A stretch of 64,000 nt of DNA from a bacterium (GCA_963662285.2 CAXXMV010000008.1:576001-640000), one strand, 5' to 3'. Counted from the first letter of the stretch, positions 10,211 through 19,940 are shown. The notes: generated by a model from the sequence alone, not told the origin. Translations and numbers: made by a program.

Positions 10211-10452
10211 GCCAACTGCCTACTATCACCCAACCGGCTAGAAGCCGATGCTCCCCTGGATCGACGGTTATTCATTTTTCGGCACGACATTGACTACCCA
10301 CTCCCCACTACCTACTATCACCCAACTGGATAGAAGCCGATGCTCCCCACTCCACACTATCCCCCACCCTTGGTCTATGACGATTAATGTGTTTATATAA
10401 TTAATCTGTTTATACTATCAGTTATCCGGTAATTATTGGTCTGGAGGTTTTA

Positions 10453-11637
10453 ATGAGAAAAAACTATGTGATCGATACCAGCGTGCTGCTGGATAATCCA
10501 AAATGTATTGATATCTTATTTGACAACGATGAAAACAATATCCACTTGCCTTATACCGTAGTGCGGGAATTAGATGGACTGAAGAAAGATAAACGCCTGG
10601 CGCCGATTGTTTCGATAGTAATAGACGAAATAGAAGAGCACGAGTACATCAATCTAATCGGTTCTAAAAAAAATGGCGCGGCCAGCGGCGATCTGCAAAT
10701 TATTGAAGATATTAAAATATCCAATATCTCCGATCCAATTATCGTGACCAACGACAAGCTGTTTCGCGTCTTATGCAAATTTCATGATATAAAAAGCGAA
10801 CCTTTTGGCGATTCCATCCCCTACCAGTCAGAGTCGCAACTTCGCACCGGATTCATTGATGACTCAAACGGATTTATAAATAATTCTTTCAGTTGGGATA
10901 AAGGTAAACCGGTTTTCCACATATCTCCTAATGAAAGCCGCGTGATAGACTATGAACACAAGGTTTGGAATGTTAAACCACTCAACGTATATCAAAATTT
11001 AGCCTTTGAATTGATGCTAAGCGAACATATAGACCTGGTTACAATTCAATCCAAAGCGGGATACGGTAAATCCTATCTTTCTCTAGCCGCGGCCATGCAG
11101 GGAGTTATCCAGGAAAAACGCTATGAGAAGATATATCTGGTTAAACCGACTATCGAAGTAGGCGAGAGCCTCGGTTTTCTTCCAGGAGACATAGAAGATA
11201 AAGTCGATCCCTATGTGCGTTATCTTCGCAGTTTAATATTTAAGCTGCACCAACAGCGCGGCAGCAAATGCAGCCGGGTCTTTACTGATGATTCCACCCC
11301 CCAGAAACTCAAACTAAATCCCGAGTTCTTCGAAATCCTGCCCATCGCTTATATTAGGGGTATGAATATTGAAAAGGCGTTCGTGATCGTCGATGAAACG
11401 CAAAACCTTTCCCGCGTTGAAGTCCGAAGCCTGCTAACCCGTATGAGTCATGGAACCAAATGCGTATGCCTGGGAGACGTCGAACAGATCGATAACCGCT
11501 ATCTCAACAAGTTCAACAATGGTCTAAATTGGATCGTTAAAACCTGTATGGGAGAATCTAATTACGGTCACATCGTCCTAAAAGGCGAGCGCAGCCGCGG
11601 CCCCATCTGTGATCTTGTAATCCGTAATGGATTATAG
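10453..11637 (+). CDS. phoH: PIN-PhoH (PhoH2-type) ATPase/RNase
   Basis: YVIDTSVLL PIN start; KAGYGKS Walker A; LGFLPGD; YIRGMNI; IVDETQN; GDVEQID. Confidence 0.9.
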   Translation: MRKNYVIDTSVLLDNPKCIDILFDNDENNIHLPYTVVRELDGLKKDKRLAPIVSIVIDEIEEHEYINLIGSKKNGAASGDLQIIEDIKISNISDPIIVTNDKLFRVLCKFHDIKSEPFGDSIPYQSESQLRTGFIDDSNGFINNSFSWDKGKPVFHISPNESRVIDYEHKVWNVKPLNVYQNLAFELMLSEHIDLVTIQSKAGYGKSYLSLAAAMQGVIQEKRYEKIYLVKPTIEVGESLGFLPGDIEDKVDPYVRYLRSLIFKLHQQRGSKCSRVFTDDSTPQKLKLNPEFFEILPIAYIRGMNIEKAFVIVDETQNLSRVEVRSLLTRMSHGTKCVCLGDVEQIDNRYLNKFNNGLNWIVKTCMGESNYGHIVLKGERSRGPICDLVIRNGL

Positions 11638-11650
11638 ATTAAGAGCAAAG

Positions 11651-11860
11651 ATGGCCGATCAAATCGACAACCTGGCCACGCTTGATATTTTTCACCCGGA
11701 AAAGCAGAAGCGGAAAATCCACGAAATTGAGGAAGATTTTTTGCTTTTGTATGAGCTGGTTGCAAAGACGTTTTGTACTGAGTTGCAGGAGAAATATGCG
11801 CGGATGTGGGTGGAATTGATTGAGGTATTGGAGACTCGGAATAAAAAAGCCTTCATCTAG
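11651..11860 (+). CDS. Small hypothetical protein
   Basis: 69-aa helical ORF directly after phoH. Confidence 0.45.
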   Translation: MADQIDNLATLDIFHPEKQKRKIHEIEEDFLLLYELVAKTFCTELQEKYARMWVELIEVLETRNKKAFI

Positions 11861-11964
11861 GATCGGAGGAAAGTGGAGATTTCCTAGTTCCCATTTTCAC
11901 ACGAATGTGCGCAGTACCCTTAACAGGGCCTTTTCCAGCGTTTTGCATGCATATTAAAACCCGC

Positions 11965-11993
11965 TTGATTTGTACGTCAAACTGACGTACAAT
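11965..11993 (+). promoter_or_regulatory. Promoter and operator palindrome of the DUF1778-GNAT TA operon
   Basis: TTGTACGTCA-AAC-TGACGTACAA inverted repeat overlapping TTGATT-N17-TACAAT. Confidence 0.75.
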
Positions 11994-12029
11994 TTAAGGA
12001 CTGCAATTTATTAATGAGGAGGTATCTTC

Positions 12030-12314
12030 ATGGTCGCCAAAAATCAGAGATTGGAGGCGCGGGTCACGGAGACGCAAAAAGACCTATTTCAACGCGCTGC
12101 TGCTATCCAGGGGGTTTCCCTAAGCGATTTCATCATCATGAATTTGCAGGAACGCGCCGCCCAGGTAGTTAAGGATCATGATGTGATTGTGCTAAGCGCT
12201 AAAGACCGGTCAGTTTTCGTTGACGCCTTACTGAATCCGCCGAAGCCAAACAAGAAATTGCGTGAAGCATTACAAGAGCACCGTAAGGTTCTAGGCCAGG
12301 TAGTCGAACCTTGA
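12030..12314 (+). CDS. DUF1778 RHH antitoxin (TacA/AtaR-like)
   Basis: RLEARVT...QRAAAIQGVSLSDF...FVDALLNPPKPNKKL; GAGGAGG RBS. Confidence 0.88.
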   Translation: MVAKNQRLEARVTETQKDLFQRAAAIQGVSLSDFIIMNLQERAAQVVKDHDVIVLSAKDRSVFVDALLNPPKPNKKLREALQEHRKVLGQVVEP

Positions 12315-12838
12315 TAAATTCGCAATATATAGTAGAAATTCTTGCCAAGCATCATGACCGGAACTCATTTTCCTGCGGGACTGAACCGCTTGACTATTAC
12401 TTGAAAAAACAAGCAGGTCAGGAAGCCCGGAAACGCGTGGCAGTAACGTATGTGCTTATCGACCGCGAGAATGAAAGTCGCATTGCCGGTTATTACACAT
12501 TGTCATCAACCAGCATTATTCATGGAAACCTCCCGGAAGATGTTGTCAAAAAACTTCCCCGGTATGAATCCATTCCTGCGACGCTCATTGGACGATTAGC
12601 GATAGATAAGGCCTATCAGGGGCAGGGATTGGGAAAAGTTATTCTGATTGAAGCCCTTCAGCAAAGTTTGATAATCAGTCAAAGGGTGGCCTCTTTCGCT
12701 GTTGTTGTGGATGCCAAAGATATGGAAGCTGCAACGTTCTACAAGAATATTGGATTTATTCCATTTCCTTCAAATGCCTTCCGGTTGTTTCTACCCATGA
12801 AAACCATCGAAATGCTGTTCAAAAATAGCCGACATTAG
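12311..12838 (+). CDS. GNAT acetyltransferase toxin (TacT/AtaT-like)
   Basis: FSCG..LD.YL; GYYTLS; LIGRLAID..YQGQGLG; VVDAKD..A..FY. Confidence 0.88.
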   Translation: MINSQYIVEILAKHHDRNSFSCGTEPLDYYLKKQAGQEARKRVAVTYVLIDRENESRIAGYYTLSSTSIIHGNLPEDVVKKLPRYESIPATLIGRLAIDKAYQGQGLGKVILIEALQQSLIISQRVASFAVVVDAKDMEAATFYKNIGFIPFPSNAFRLFLPMKTIEMLFKNSRH

Positions 12839-13200
12839 GATTAAATCCTACAAAGGCACGTAAATGGCCATAGGATTTTTCATATCCTCTCTCCCATTTG
12901 TTTCTGCAAATTCTTTACTTTTCTTTTAATTTTTGCGATTTCCTCTTTCGTCATGGTTACCTCTCTTGGTATTTGTCAATACTTATTGTTGAGAATGAGG
13001 AAAAATGGTTGACTATTTGGAACAGTTTCTGCAGGGGATGCGACCAGCATTTTCACGCCAAGCTATGTTTAATTATCAAAAGTCTTACTCATAATGCTTG
13101 GTTGAACTAAAGCTCATTCATATAATATGGTAGTTTATCTTAATTAACGGTTTTTTCATATTATGGATAATGACGTCATTAACGGGAAGGATGTTTAGGG

Positions 13201-14400
13201 ATGTCTGACAAAATGGAAACTCTATATCAAGAGCGGCTCAAACGGTATGTGACAGCCATGCGCAATGAAATGCCAGACCGGATTCCCATCCGGCCATTCG
13301 CGGCGGAATTTTGCGCTAAATACGCTGGCCTGACTTGCCAGCAGGTTACTCATGATATTGATCACGCTTTCGACGCAGTGTTGAAATGCACGGCGGATTT
13401 CGATTGGGATGCAGCGGTCAGCAACATGGTCTTCGTATGGACGGGCAGCGTAGACGCCATTGGTTTGAAATATTACTCTATTCCCGGCATCCACACCCCA
13501 CCCGATACATGCTTTCAATATCTTGAACCATCTGAAGAAAGCGAAGCCCACATGCTCGAAGACGAGTATGACGCGCTGATCGAAGATCCGACCGGATTTC
13601 TGGCCAATGTCTGGATGCCTCGGGTTTCCAAAGACGTCCAGCCCATAGGCGAACCATCCACCTATCGAAATAACCTATCATGGTTAAAAGGCGGCATGTC
13701 CGTTTTGCAGTATTTCCAACGCCTGGGCGCTCAGAACGAACGGATGAGAAAAGAGACCGGAACGGTATCAGCTATATCCGGATGCCTTAAAGCGCCTTTT
13801 GATATTATCGCCGATAAACTACGTGGTTTCAAACCTTTATGCATGGATTTATACATGCAGCCAGAGAAAGTGGTCGCCGCCTGCGAAGCCATGATGCCTC
13901 ATATGATGTTCAACGCCCTGGCGGGCGCCGATCCCGATAAGAATGTACCCATCACTATATGGCTGCATCGCGGATGCGTACCGTTTCTATCACCGGAGCA
14001 ATTCGCCAAATTCTATTGGCCTACCTTAAAACCGATTATTGAAGAGATTTGGAAGCAAGGTCATCAAATCCTCTTTTACGCCGAAGGCGAATGGAACCAT
14101 AACCTGAAATTCATCAAAGAACTTCCAGATCAAAGCATCATCTATCACCTGGATAAAGGCGATATTTTTGAAGTTCATAAAGAGGTGGGCCACAAGTTCT
14201 GCATCAGCGGAGGCTTGCCCAATGAACTGCTGACCTTCGGGACGGAAGATGAAGTGAAGGGATACTGCAAGAGATTGATTGATGGCGTGGCCAAAGACGG
14301 CGGCTACATCATGGATGCCGGCGCCATTATGCAGGATGATCCCAAGCCAGAAAACGTTAAAGCCATGACTGATTTCACCCGCGAATATGGGGTGTATTAG
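13201..14400 (+). CDS. Uroporphyrinogen decarboxylase-fold corrinoid methyltransferase (MtaA/CmuA/O-demethylase-like)
   Basis: PDRIPIRPF; APFDIIAD.LRG; LHRGCVPFLS; FYWPTLK; GGYIMD; PENVKAM; neighbours a corrinoid protein. Confidence 0.8.
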   Translation: MSDKMETLYQERLKRYVTAMRNEMPDRIPIRPFAAEFCAKYAGLTCQQVTHDIDHAFDAVLKCTADFDWDAAVSNMVFVWTGSVDAIGLKYYSIPGIHTPPDTCFQYLEPSEESEAHMLEDEYDALIEDPTGFLANVWMPRVSKDVQPIGEPSTYRNNLSWLKGGMSVLQYFQRLGAQNERMRKETGTVSAISGCLKAPFDIIADKLRGFKPLCMDLYMQPEKVVAACEAMMPHMMFNALAGADPDKNVPITIWLHRGCVPFLSPEQFAKFYWPTLKPIIEEIWKQGHQILFYAEGEWNHNLKFIKELPDQSIIYHLDKGDIFEVHKEVGHKFCISGGLPNELLTFGTEDEVKGYCKRLIDGVAKDGGYIMDAGAIMQDDPKPENVKAMTDFTREYGVY

Positions 14401-14618
14401 GTCATTATGTTAAGGAATTTCACCCTATCGTTAGTGGTTTGATCAAGGGCTGACCGCAATGCGGTCTTGCCCTTGCCACCCATACTCTCCCGGCGGGAGA
14501 GGGGACGCTTATACTGAAGATATTGTTTATAAGTGGGTGGTTTATAAGGGCGCCCACGAGGGGCGCGCCCTACATTGGTATATGGAAATTCTCTCGAATA
14601 ATGTAAGGAGATAATATA

Positions 14619-14789
14619 ATGTCTGATCAGCAAACTCCAAAATTGAAACCCGGCGTCTGCATTCCCTGGAGTGATAAGATAAAAGAGCATCCCCCTATTC
14701 TGGGCGATGAAAAATGCGTTGAAAAGGTTTGGGAAGATATTGACACGCTGGCTTATCTATATATCTGGTTCTGTTTGATAGGTTTTTGA
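14619..14789 (+). CDS. Unannotated 56-aa protein MSDQQTPKLKPGVCIPWSDKIKEHPPILGDEKCVEKVWEDIDTLAYLYIWFCLIGF
   Basis: Translated by hand; AAGGAG RBS 8 nt before ATG; below the ORF-track length cut-off. Confidence 0.7.
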   Translation: MSDQQTPKLKPGVCIPWSDKIKEHPPILGDEKCVEKVWEDIDTLAYLYIWFCLIGF

Positions 14790-14990
14790 TAGCAACTATA
14801 TAGTTAATCATGATTCTGTCGACAGCGTGAAACTTTATTAAAAATAAAGAAATTAAAAAGGGTGAACTGAATCAAGGGCAGAAAATACACTGCCCTTGGC
14901 ACCCGCTAAATTCTCCCCCAGGCTTGGGGGAGGGATGATACGTTTCAACCAGTTAATCTACAGATTATTGTTATATAAGGAGCAACAACC

Positions 14991-15632
14991 ATGTCTGAAA
15001 TGCCGCCTCTAGCCTTAGCGTTAAGTCAACTCAATATCCCCGATGCCATGTCCATTGTTAACCAGAAAATCAGCGAAGGCGTCCCTGCCCCGGATATTGT
15101 CAATGAATGCCATATTGGCATGACCGATTTGGGAAGACGTTTCGATGAAGGCGACTGCTTCGTCCCCGAACTGGTGGTGGCTGGAAAAATCATGGAAAAA
15201 ATCATGAAGCAACTAGAGCCACTGCTCGAAGGCTCTGATCCAAATAAGGATTCGGTTGGCAAAGTTGTCATGGGTACGGTGCAGAACGATGTTCATGATA
15301 TCGGTAAAGACATAGTGGTTATGATGCTGCGCGGCTCTGGTTTTGAAGTTATCGACCTGGGCGTCAATGTTCCTCCTGAGAAGTTTGTTGCAGCAATTAA
15401 AGAGAACAACCCCTCAGTAGTGGGTATGAGCGTCTTGTTGACTACCTGCTATAAATCGATCATTGATACGGTCCAGGCCATCAAAGACGCCGGGCAGCGC
15501 GACAAAATCTCCATCATGCTAGGCGGAGCGGCCGCCACTGAGATGCTGGCCGACAAAACAGGATGCGACTTTTTCGGGAAGACTGCGGTAGACGCAGTTT
15601 CTCATGCTTCACTTGTAGCGCAGTCTAACTGA
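14991..15632 (+). CDS. Corrinoid (B12-binding) methyl-carrier protein
   Basis: DVHDIGKDIV (DxHxxG); IDLGVNVPPEKF; SVLLT; GGAA. Confidence 0.92.
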   Translation: MSEMPPLALALSQLNIPDAMSIVNQKISEGVPAPDIVNECHIGMTDLGRRFDEGDCFVPELVVAGKIMEKIMKQLEPLLEGSDPNKDSVGKVVMGTVQNDVHDIGKDIVVMMLRGSGFEVIDLGVNVPPEKFVAAIKENNPSVVGMSVLLTTCYKSIIDTVQAIKDAGQRDKISIMLGGAAATEMLADKTGCDFFGKTAVDAVSHASLVAQSN

Positions 15633-15659
15633 TTGATCCAAAAAATCATAATTTATTAT

Positions 15660-15693
15660 GGGGAGACTTGATTTCATTCAGGTCTCCCCTTTA
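15660..15693 (+). terminator. Rho-independent terminator
   Basis: GGGGAGACTTGA-loop-TCAGGTCTCCCC then TTT. Confidence 0.75.
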
Positions 15694-15735
15694 TTGTTAT
15701 AATACTCTATAAAAAATCTCGCCTCTTCATGCCTG

Positions 15736-15771
15736 TTATCAAGACAAATCCATCTAATCAATGTATCTTAG
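15736..15771 (+). promoter_or_regulatory. Putative promoter shared with 17415-17450
   Basis: TTATCAAGACAAATCC-N11-GTATCTTAG upstream of both genes; AAGACA-N17-TATCTT has sigma70 spacing. Confidence 0.6.
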
Positions 15772-15811
15772 TAATATTTATTAAACAGTTCATTGAAAGT
15801 TGTAAATATTC

Positions 15812-17302
15812 ATGAAAAATCATTTATTCAAACTTATCGCCTTAAATATCGTAATGATCATGACTTCCCTAGGGCAATCCGGTTATTGCCGCGAAGTGGA
15901 TATGAAACCTCATTGGAATGACAAGATTCCATTGGAGAATCCTCATAAGGGATGGTATCACCATTATCCTGACAATCACATCAATAAGTATGAGATAAAA
16001 AAAGACGAGCATCTGCTCGATTTCCCCGGAATGGATCATGTGTATATCCGTCTAGCCTGGGCTTATTTGGAACCGGAGGAAGGACGGTATAACTGGGATG
16101 TAATTGATTCGATTATTAACAAATGGACTCAACACGGGCTGGGCATTGCATTCCGCATCAGCTGCAAGGAGACCAGCACTGACCTTATCGAACAGCAATT
16201 CGCCACTCCCCGATGGGTCAAAGAAGCGGGCGCTAAAGGGGATTATTACCGCCGGGGAGAAAAAGCAGGCCCGGATGGTCCATGGGAGCCGGTGTTTGAC
16301 GATCCCGTTTATCTGGAAAAACTGGAGAACTTTCTCCGGGCATTCGCCAACCGTTACGATGGCAAGCCCTGGCTGCGCTATGTGGATATTGGCAGCATCG
16401 GAGATTGGGGCGAAGGACACACCCACTCCGGCAGCCGGATCGCCTATGATTACAACCAGCGCCTTAAACATATTGATCTGCATTGCAAGTATTTCAAAAA
16501 ATCGCAATTGACCATCACAGACGATTTCGTCTATAGCGTCGATGATAAAGAAGACCAGAAGAAAATGCACCAATATGTATTGGACAAGGGCATTTCATAC
16601 CGCGATGACAGCATCCTGGTTAATGGATACTTATCAGGTTATTCAGACCAATATACAGTTCGCAGCCCGCAATTTTTTGCAGATTCTTATTTAAGATTAC
16701 CAAATGTTCTCGAACTGGAACACTACAGCATAATAAGGCGTATGGGAAACTGGTTTGGAACGCCTGATTCTAACCTGAAAAAATATGGCAAGGGAAAAAC
16801 CGGCGCCGATATGTTCAAAGGGGCGCTGAAGTTATTACACGCCTCCTACATCGGATATCATGGAGACGCCAACGACTGGTTGAGCGAAAACCGTGAACTG
16901 AGCAATGAACTGCTGAACCAATGCGGCTATTGGTATTTCCTCCACAATGTCACAATCCCTGATGCGCTCACTATTGGCCAACAAAATACAATTCAAATGC
17001 AATGGGAAAATCGCGGCGCAGCCCCGGCTTATAATCCATATTCATTAATTATCCGCCTGGAAGGTTCATCTAACCAGGAATTCACTCTGGATTCTCACAA
17101 CCAGAAATGGCGCCCTTCATTGGATGAAACATATAAAGAAGACTATTCAATTCAGATTCCCGCCTCACTTAAGACTGGAACATACAAACTGAAAATCAAA
17201 CTCTACGATAACGACGCCAAGAGAGATGTAATTCTCGCTCTTGATCCAAACCTGATGGATAAAGAGAAATTCTATTTTGTGGCGGATATTATGTTAAATT
17301 AA
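15812..17302 (+). CDS. Secreted clan GH-A-like glycoside hydrolase with DUF4832-like C-terminus
   Basis: LENPHKGW; YIRLAWAYLEPEEG.YNW; GDWGEGH; LELEHY; CGYWYF; WENRGAAPAY. Confidence 0.7.
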   Translation: MKNHLFKLIALNIVMIMTSLGQSGYCREVDMKPHWNDKIPLENPHKGWYHHYPDNHINKYEIKKDEHLLDFPGMDHVYIRLAWAYLEPEEGRYNWDVIDSIINKWTQHGLGIAFRISCKETSTDLIEQQFATPRWVKEAGAKGDYYRRGEKAGPDGPWEPVFDDPVYLEKLENFLRAFANRYDGKPWLRYVDIGSIGDWGEGHTHSGSRIAYDYNQRLKHIDLHCKYFKKSQLTITDDFVYSVDDKEDQKKMHQYVLDKGISYRDDSILVNGYLSGYSDQYTVRSPQFFADSYLRLPNVLELEHYSIIRRMGNWFGTPDSNLKKYGKGKTGADMFKGALKLLHASYIGYHGDANDWLSENRELSNELLNQCGYWYFLHNVTIPDALTIGQQNTIQMQWENRGAAPAYNPYSLIIRLEGSSNQEFTLDSHNQKWRPSLDETYKEDYSIQIPASLKTGTYKLKIKLYDNDAKRDVILALDPNLMDKEKFYFVADIMLN

Positions 17303-17541
17303 AACGAATGACCCTTTACATCCCGGAGGGAGAGGGGACAAGGTAGCCCGACATAATAAGTTGGTCAGAATACAAGAATACTGAATCTTAAAAAATTCTT
17401 TATTTTCCTTCCGTTTATCAAGACAAATCCTCTTGAATGGGGTATCTTAGATAAACGTGTTTTTATATCTAAAGCGCTTATAAGAAGTGATATGCTTATA
17501 TAATGGCTTTGGATCAGCAAAAAGAGAATGGGGAGTCAATC

Positions 17542-18843
17542 ATGGTGGATAAAAAGAATACGCTCTCTAGACGTAATTTTCTAGGAACGGCTGCAGCAAC
17601 GGGAGGCGTCATCGCATTCAGCGTCGTGCCCAGCACCGTTTTTGCGGCGCCGCACAGAAAAGCGCCTAGCGATCAATTGCGTTTCGGAAATATCGGGGTT
17701 GGTGGACGCGGCAGCGGTTTTTTACGTCCCGGCGCCACAGTGGCTATTTGCGACGTCGATGAAAATCGTCTGGCTAAAGCAGCTGAACGGGTTGGCGGGA
17801 ATCCGAAACTTTACAAAGATTACCGCGACCTGCTCGATCAAAAAGACCTGGACGGCGTCTTTATAACTACGCCGGATCATTGGCATGCGCTAATGACGGT
17901 TCATGCTTGTGAGGCGGGTAAAGACGTCTACGTTGAAAAACCGGCCTGCAAAACCATCGAAGAAGGCCGCGCTATGGTCACGGCGGCTAACCGGTACGCA
18001 CGCATAGTTCAAGTGGGTTCGCAGGGACGTTCGCAGGAAGGCGCCTACTACGGCCACCGTTATATCAAAAACAATCAGATAGGCCGTGTCAAAGAAGTTC
18101 TGTGCTGGCATTATGAGAATCCCAAAGGCAACTGGACGCCTGATTCCGATCCTCCCCCCGAACTTGATTATGAACGATGGATCGGACCCAACCGATGGAT
18201 TCCATATAACAAAACCCATACTCATGGATCGTTCCGCTGGATGTTCGATTTCGGCGGCGGTCAGATTCGCGACAGAGGCGCCCATGTTATGAGCGTAGCC
18301 CTGTGGGTAATGGATAGCGATAACACTGGCCCCGTTACTATCGACGCCAAGTGCGACCCGCAATTCGATGGTCAATACGATGTACCGGAACATATGTATA
18401 TCGAATACCAATTCAAAAATCCCGACTGGAAGCTGGTCTGGGCCATGCCCGGCATCGCTCACGAGAAAGGCTTTAAGTGGACGCGTAAATCATACGGCGC
18501 CAATTACGTCGGCGATAAAGGCAACCTGATTATCAGTTATGGCGACACCGCCGAGACCGATACTGAGGAAAAAGCCAAAAAATACACCCCGCCAGCCAAT
18601 GGAGTTGAAGTTTTCCATAGCCCCGGTCATAGAGAGAACTTCGAGAATTGCATGCGCAGCCGTGAACAACCTCTGATGCATATCGAAGCGGCTCACCGCG
18701 TGGCGACCCTCTGCATTCTGGGCAACCTCTCTTATGCGCTGCGGCGTAAATTTGAGTGGGATCCGGTTAATGAATGCGTCAAGAATGACGACGAAGCCAA
18801 CCGCCTTCTCAGCCGTCCCGGCCGCGGCGAGTGGCAATTGTAA
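17542..18843 (+). CDS. Tat-exported Gfo/Idh/MocA oxidoreductase
   Basis: SRRNFLG; IGVGGRG; TPDHWHA; GKDVYVEKP; DRGAH; GGGAG RBS before ATG 17542. Confidence 0.92.
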   Translation: MVDKKNTLSRRNFLGTAAATGGVIAFSVVPSTVFAAPHRKAPSDQLRFGNIGVGGRGSGFLRPGATVAICDVDENRLAKAAERVGGNPKLYKDYRDLLDQKDLDGVFITTPDHWHALMTVHACEAGKDVYVEKPACKTIEEGRAMVTAANRYARIVQVGSQGRSQEGAYYGHRYIKNNQIGRVKEVLCWHYENPKGNWTPDSDPPPELDYERWIGPNRWIPYNKTHTHGSFRWMFDFGGGQIRDRGAHVMSVALWVMDSDNTGPVTIDAKCDPQFDGQYDVPEHMYIEYQFKNPDWKLVWAMPGIAHEKGFKWTRKSYGANYVGDKGNLIISYGDTAETDTEEKAKKYTPPANGVEVFHSPGHRENFENCMRSREQPLMHIEAAHRVATLCILGNLSYALRRKFEWDPVNECVKNDDEANRLLSRPGRGEWQL

Positions 18844-18866
18844 TCAGGTTAAAAGGAGAAAAAATC

Positions 18867-19940
18867 ATGACTACAACTACTAAATCAGGCCGGGGCGTAA
18901 TGGCCGCCGCATCTACGGCGCTTCTCGCAACGGCTGCGGGTAATACCGCATCCGCCGATCAAGACGCTTTCCTGGAAGGCATCTCAAGCGGCGATTCCAA
19001 AAAGATTGCCCAAGCATGGAAAACCGCTGAAAAGCAAGACCCCAGCGTCATTCTTCCTTTGGGTAAACTGCTGAGCCACGAAACCTTTGCCGTACGCAAA
19101 GGCGCCAGCGAGTGCCTGCTTAAACTGGCTCATTCCATTGGGAAAGATAACAAATGCCCCCGGCGCAAGGCAATAACCAATTATTTTCTGCAATTACTGG
19201 AATGTGATAAAACCAGTCAGGTATTCGCCTTCCGCACCCTGTCTCTTATCGCTGATGGCGATTCGGTTCCCTACATTGTTCCCTTCCTGAATGATGATGA
19301 TCTATTTGAAGAAGCTATATTCTGCCTGGAACGCATCCCCTGCCCTTCAGTGGGTAAAGTTCTGGTTGAAGCATTAGGCATTTTTCCTGATCAACACAAG
19401 CCGCGCATCATGGCTGCCCTGGCTCACATCAAAGAGGCAAAAGCGGTTCCATTGCTGGCTGAATTATTTAAATCTGATGACAAGGAATTGGCCGTGTTGG
19501 CCATGAAAGCCATCAGCCGGATTGGCGTAAAACCAGAGGAAAGACTCAGCCCTCCTGATTATAAATCATTAAGTTTTCGCCAACAGAAGATGTATATGGA
19601 TAGCGTATTACGTTTCTGTGATGAAATGATTAAACAAGGTGCTATCGATATACCCAAAGGTATTCTGGGCGAAATTCTCAAACAAGAAGACGACGAATTC
19701 GAAGAGCAGATTTTCTGCGCTGCTATTGTCAGCGCTTCAAAACTGACCGATGCTGATGCAGCAAAAGCCATTTGCAAGCAATTAGGCCGCACTTCCTATA
19801 TCATTCGCGATACAGCGGAAAAAGCCCTGGTTTGCATGAAGGGCGATGCGGTTGATGCTGTTCTGAAAGAAGCGCTGCAAAATACTGATGGAGATGTAAA
19901 GCAGAAAATCAGCGAGATTATTAAGAAACGTCAGGCATAG
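18867..19940 (+). CDS. Exported HEAT-repeat protein
   Basis: AAGGAG RBS; Ala-rich leader; repeated A..AL..I / VP.L..LL helical pairs. Confidence 0.75.
   Translation: MTTTTKSGRGVMAAASTALLATAAGNTASADQDAFLEGISSGDSKKIAQAWKTAEKQDPSVILPLGKLLSHETFAVRKGASECLLKLAHSIGKDNKCPRRKAITNYFLQLLECDKTSQVFAFRTLSLIADGDSVPYIVPFLNDDDLFEEAIFCLERIPCPSVGKVLVEALGIFPDQHKPRIMAALAHIKEAKAVPLLAELFKSDDKELAVLAMKAISRIGVKPEERLSPPDYKSLSFRQQKMYMDSVLRFCDEMIKQGAIDIPKGILGEILKQEDDEFEEQIFCAAIVSASKLTDADAAKAICKQLGRTSYIIRDTAEKALVCMKGDAVDAVLKEALQNTDGDVKQKISEIIKKRQA

Noticed and set aside
9419-10212. CRISPR array or diversity-generating repeat
   Set aside because: The whole 264-bp unit repeats with no unique spacers; no cas or reverse transcriptase gene is in the window
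10279-10295. Additional sigma54 site CGGCACGACATTGAC
   Set aside because: Lacks the invariant GC at -12
10453-11637. Prophage marker phoH
   Set aside because: PIN-PhoH is a common cellular form and no phage genes are nearby
12960-13200. Cobalamin riboswitch upstream of the corrinoid cluster
   Set aside because: No recognisable B12-box or GGGAA/GCCACTG core; an Infernal scan with the Rfam cobalamin models would settle it
3553-14906. Integron attC cassette array
   Set aside because: The hairpins lack RYYYAAC/GTTRRRY ends and no integrase is present; REP-like elements fit better
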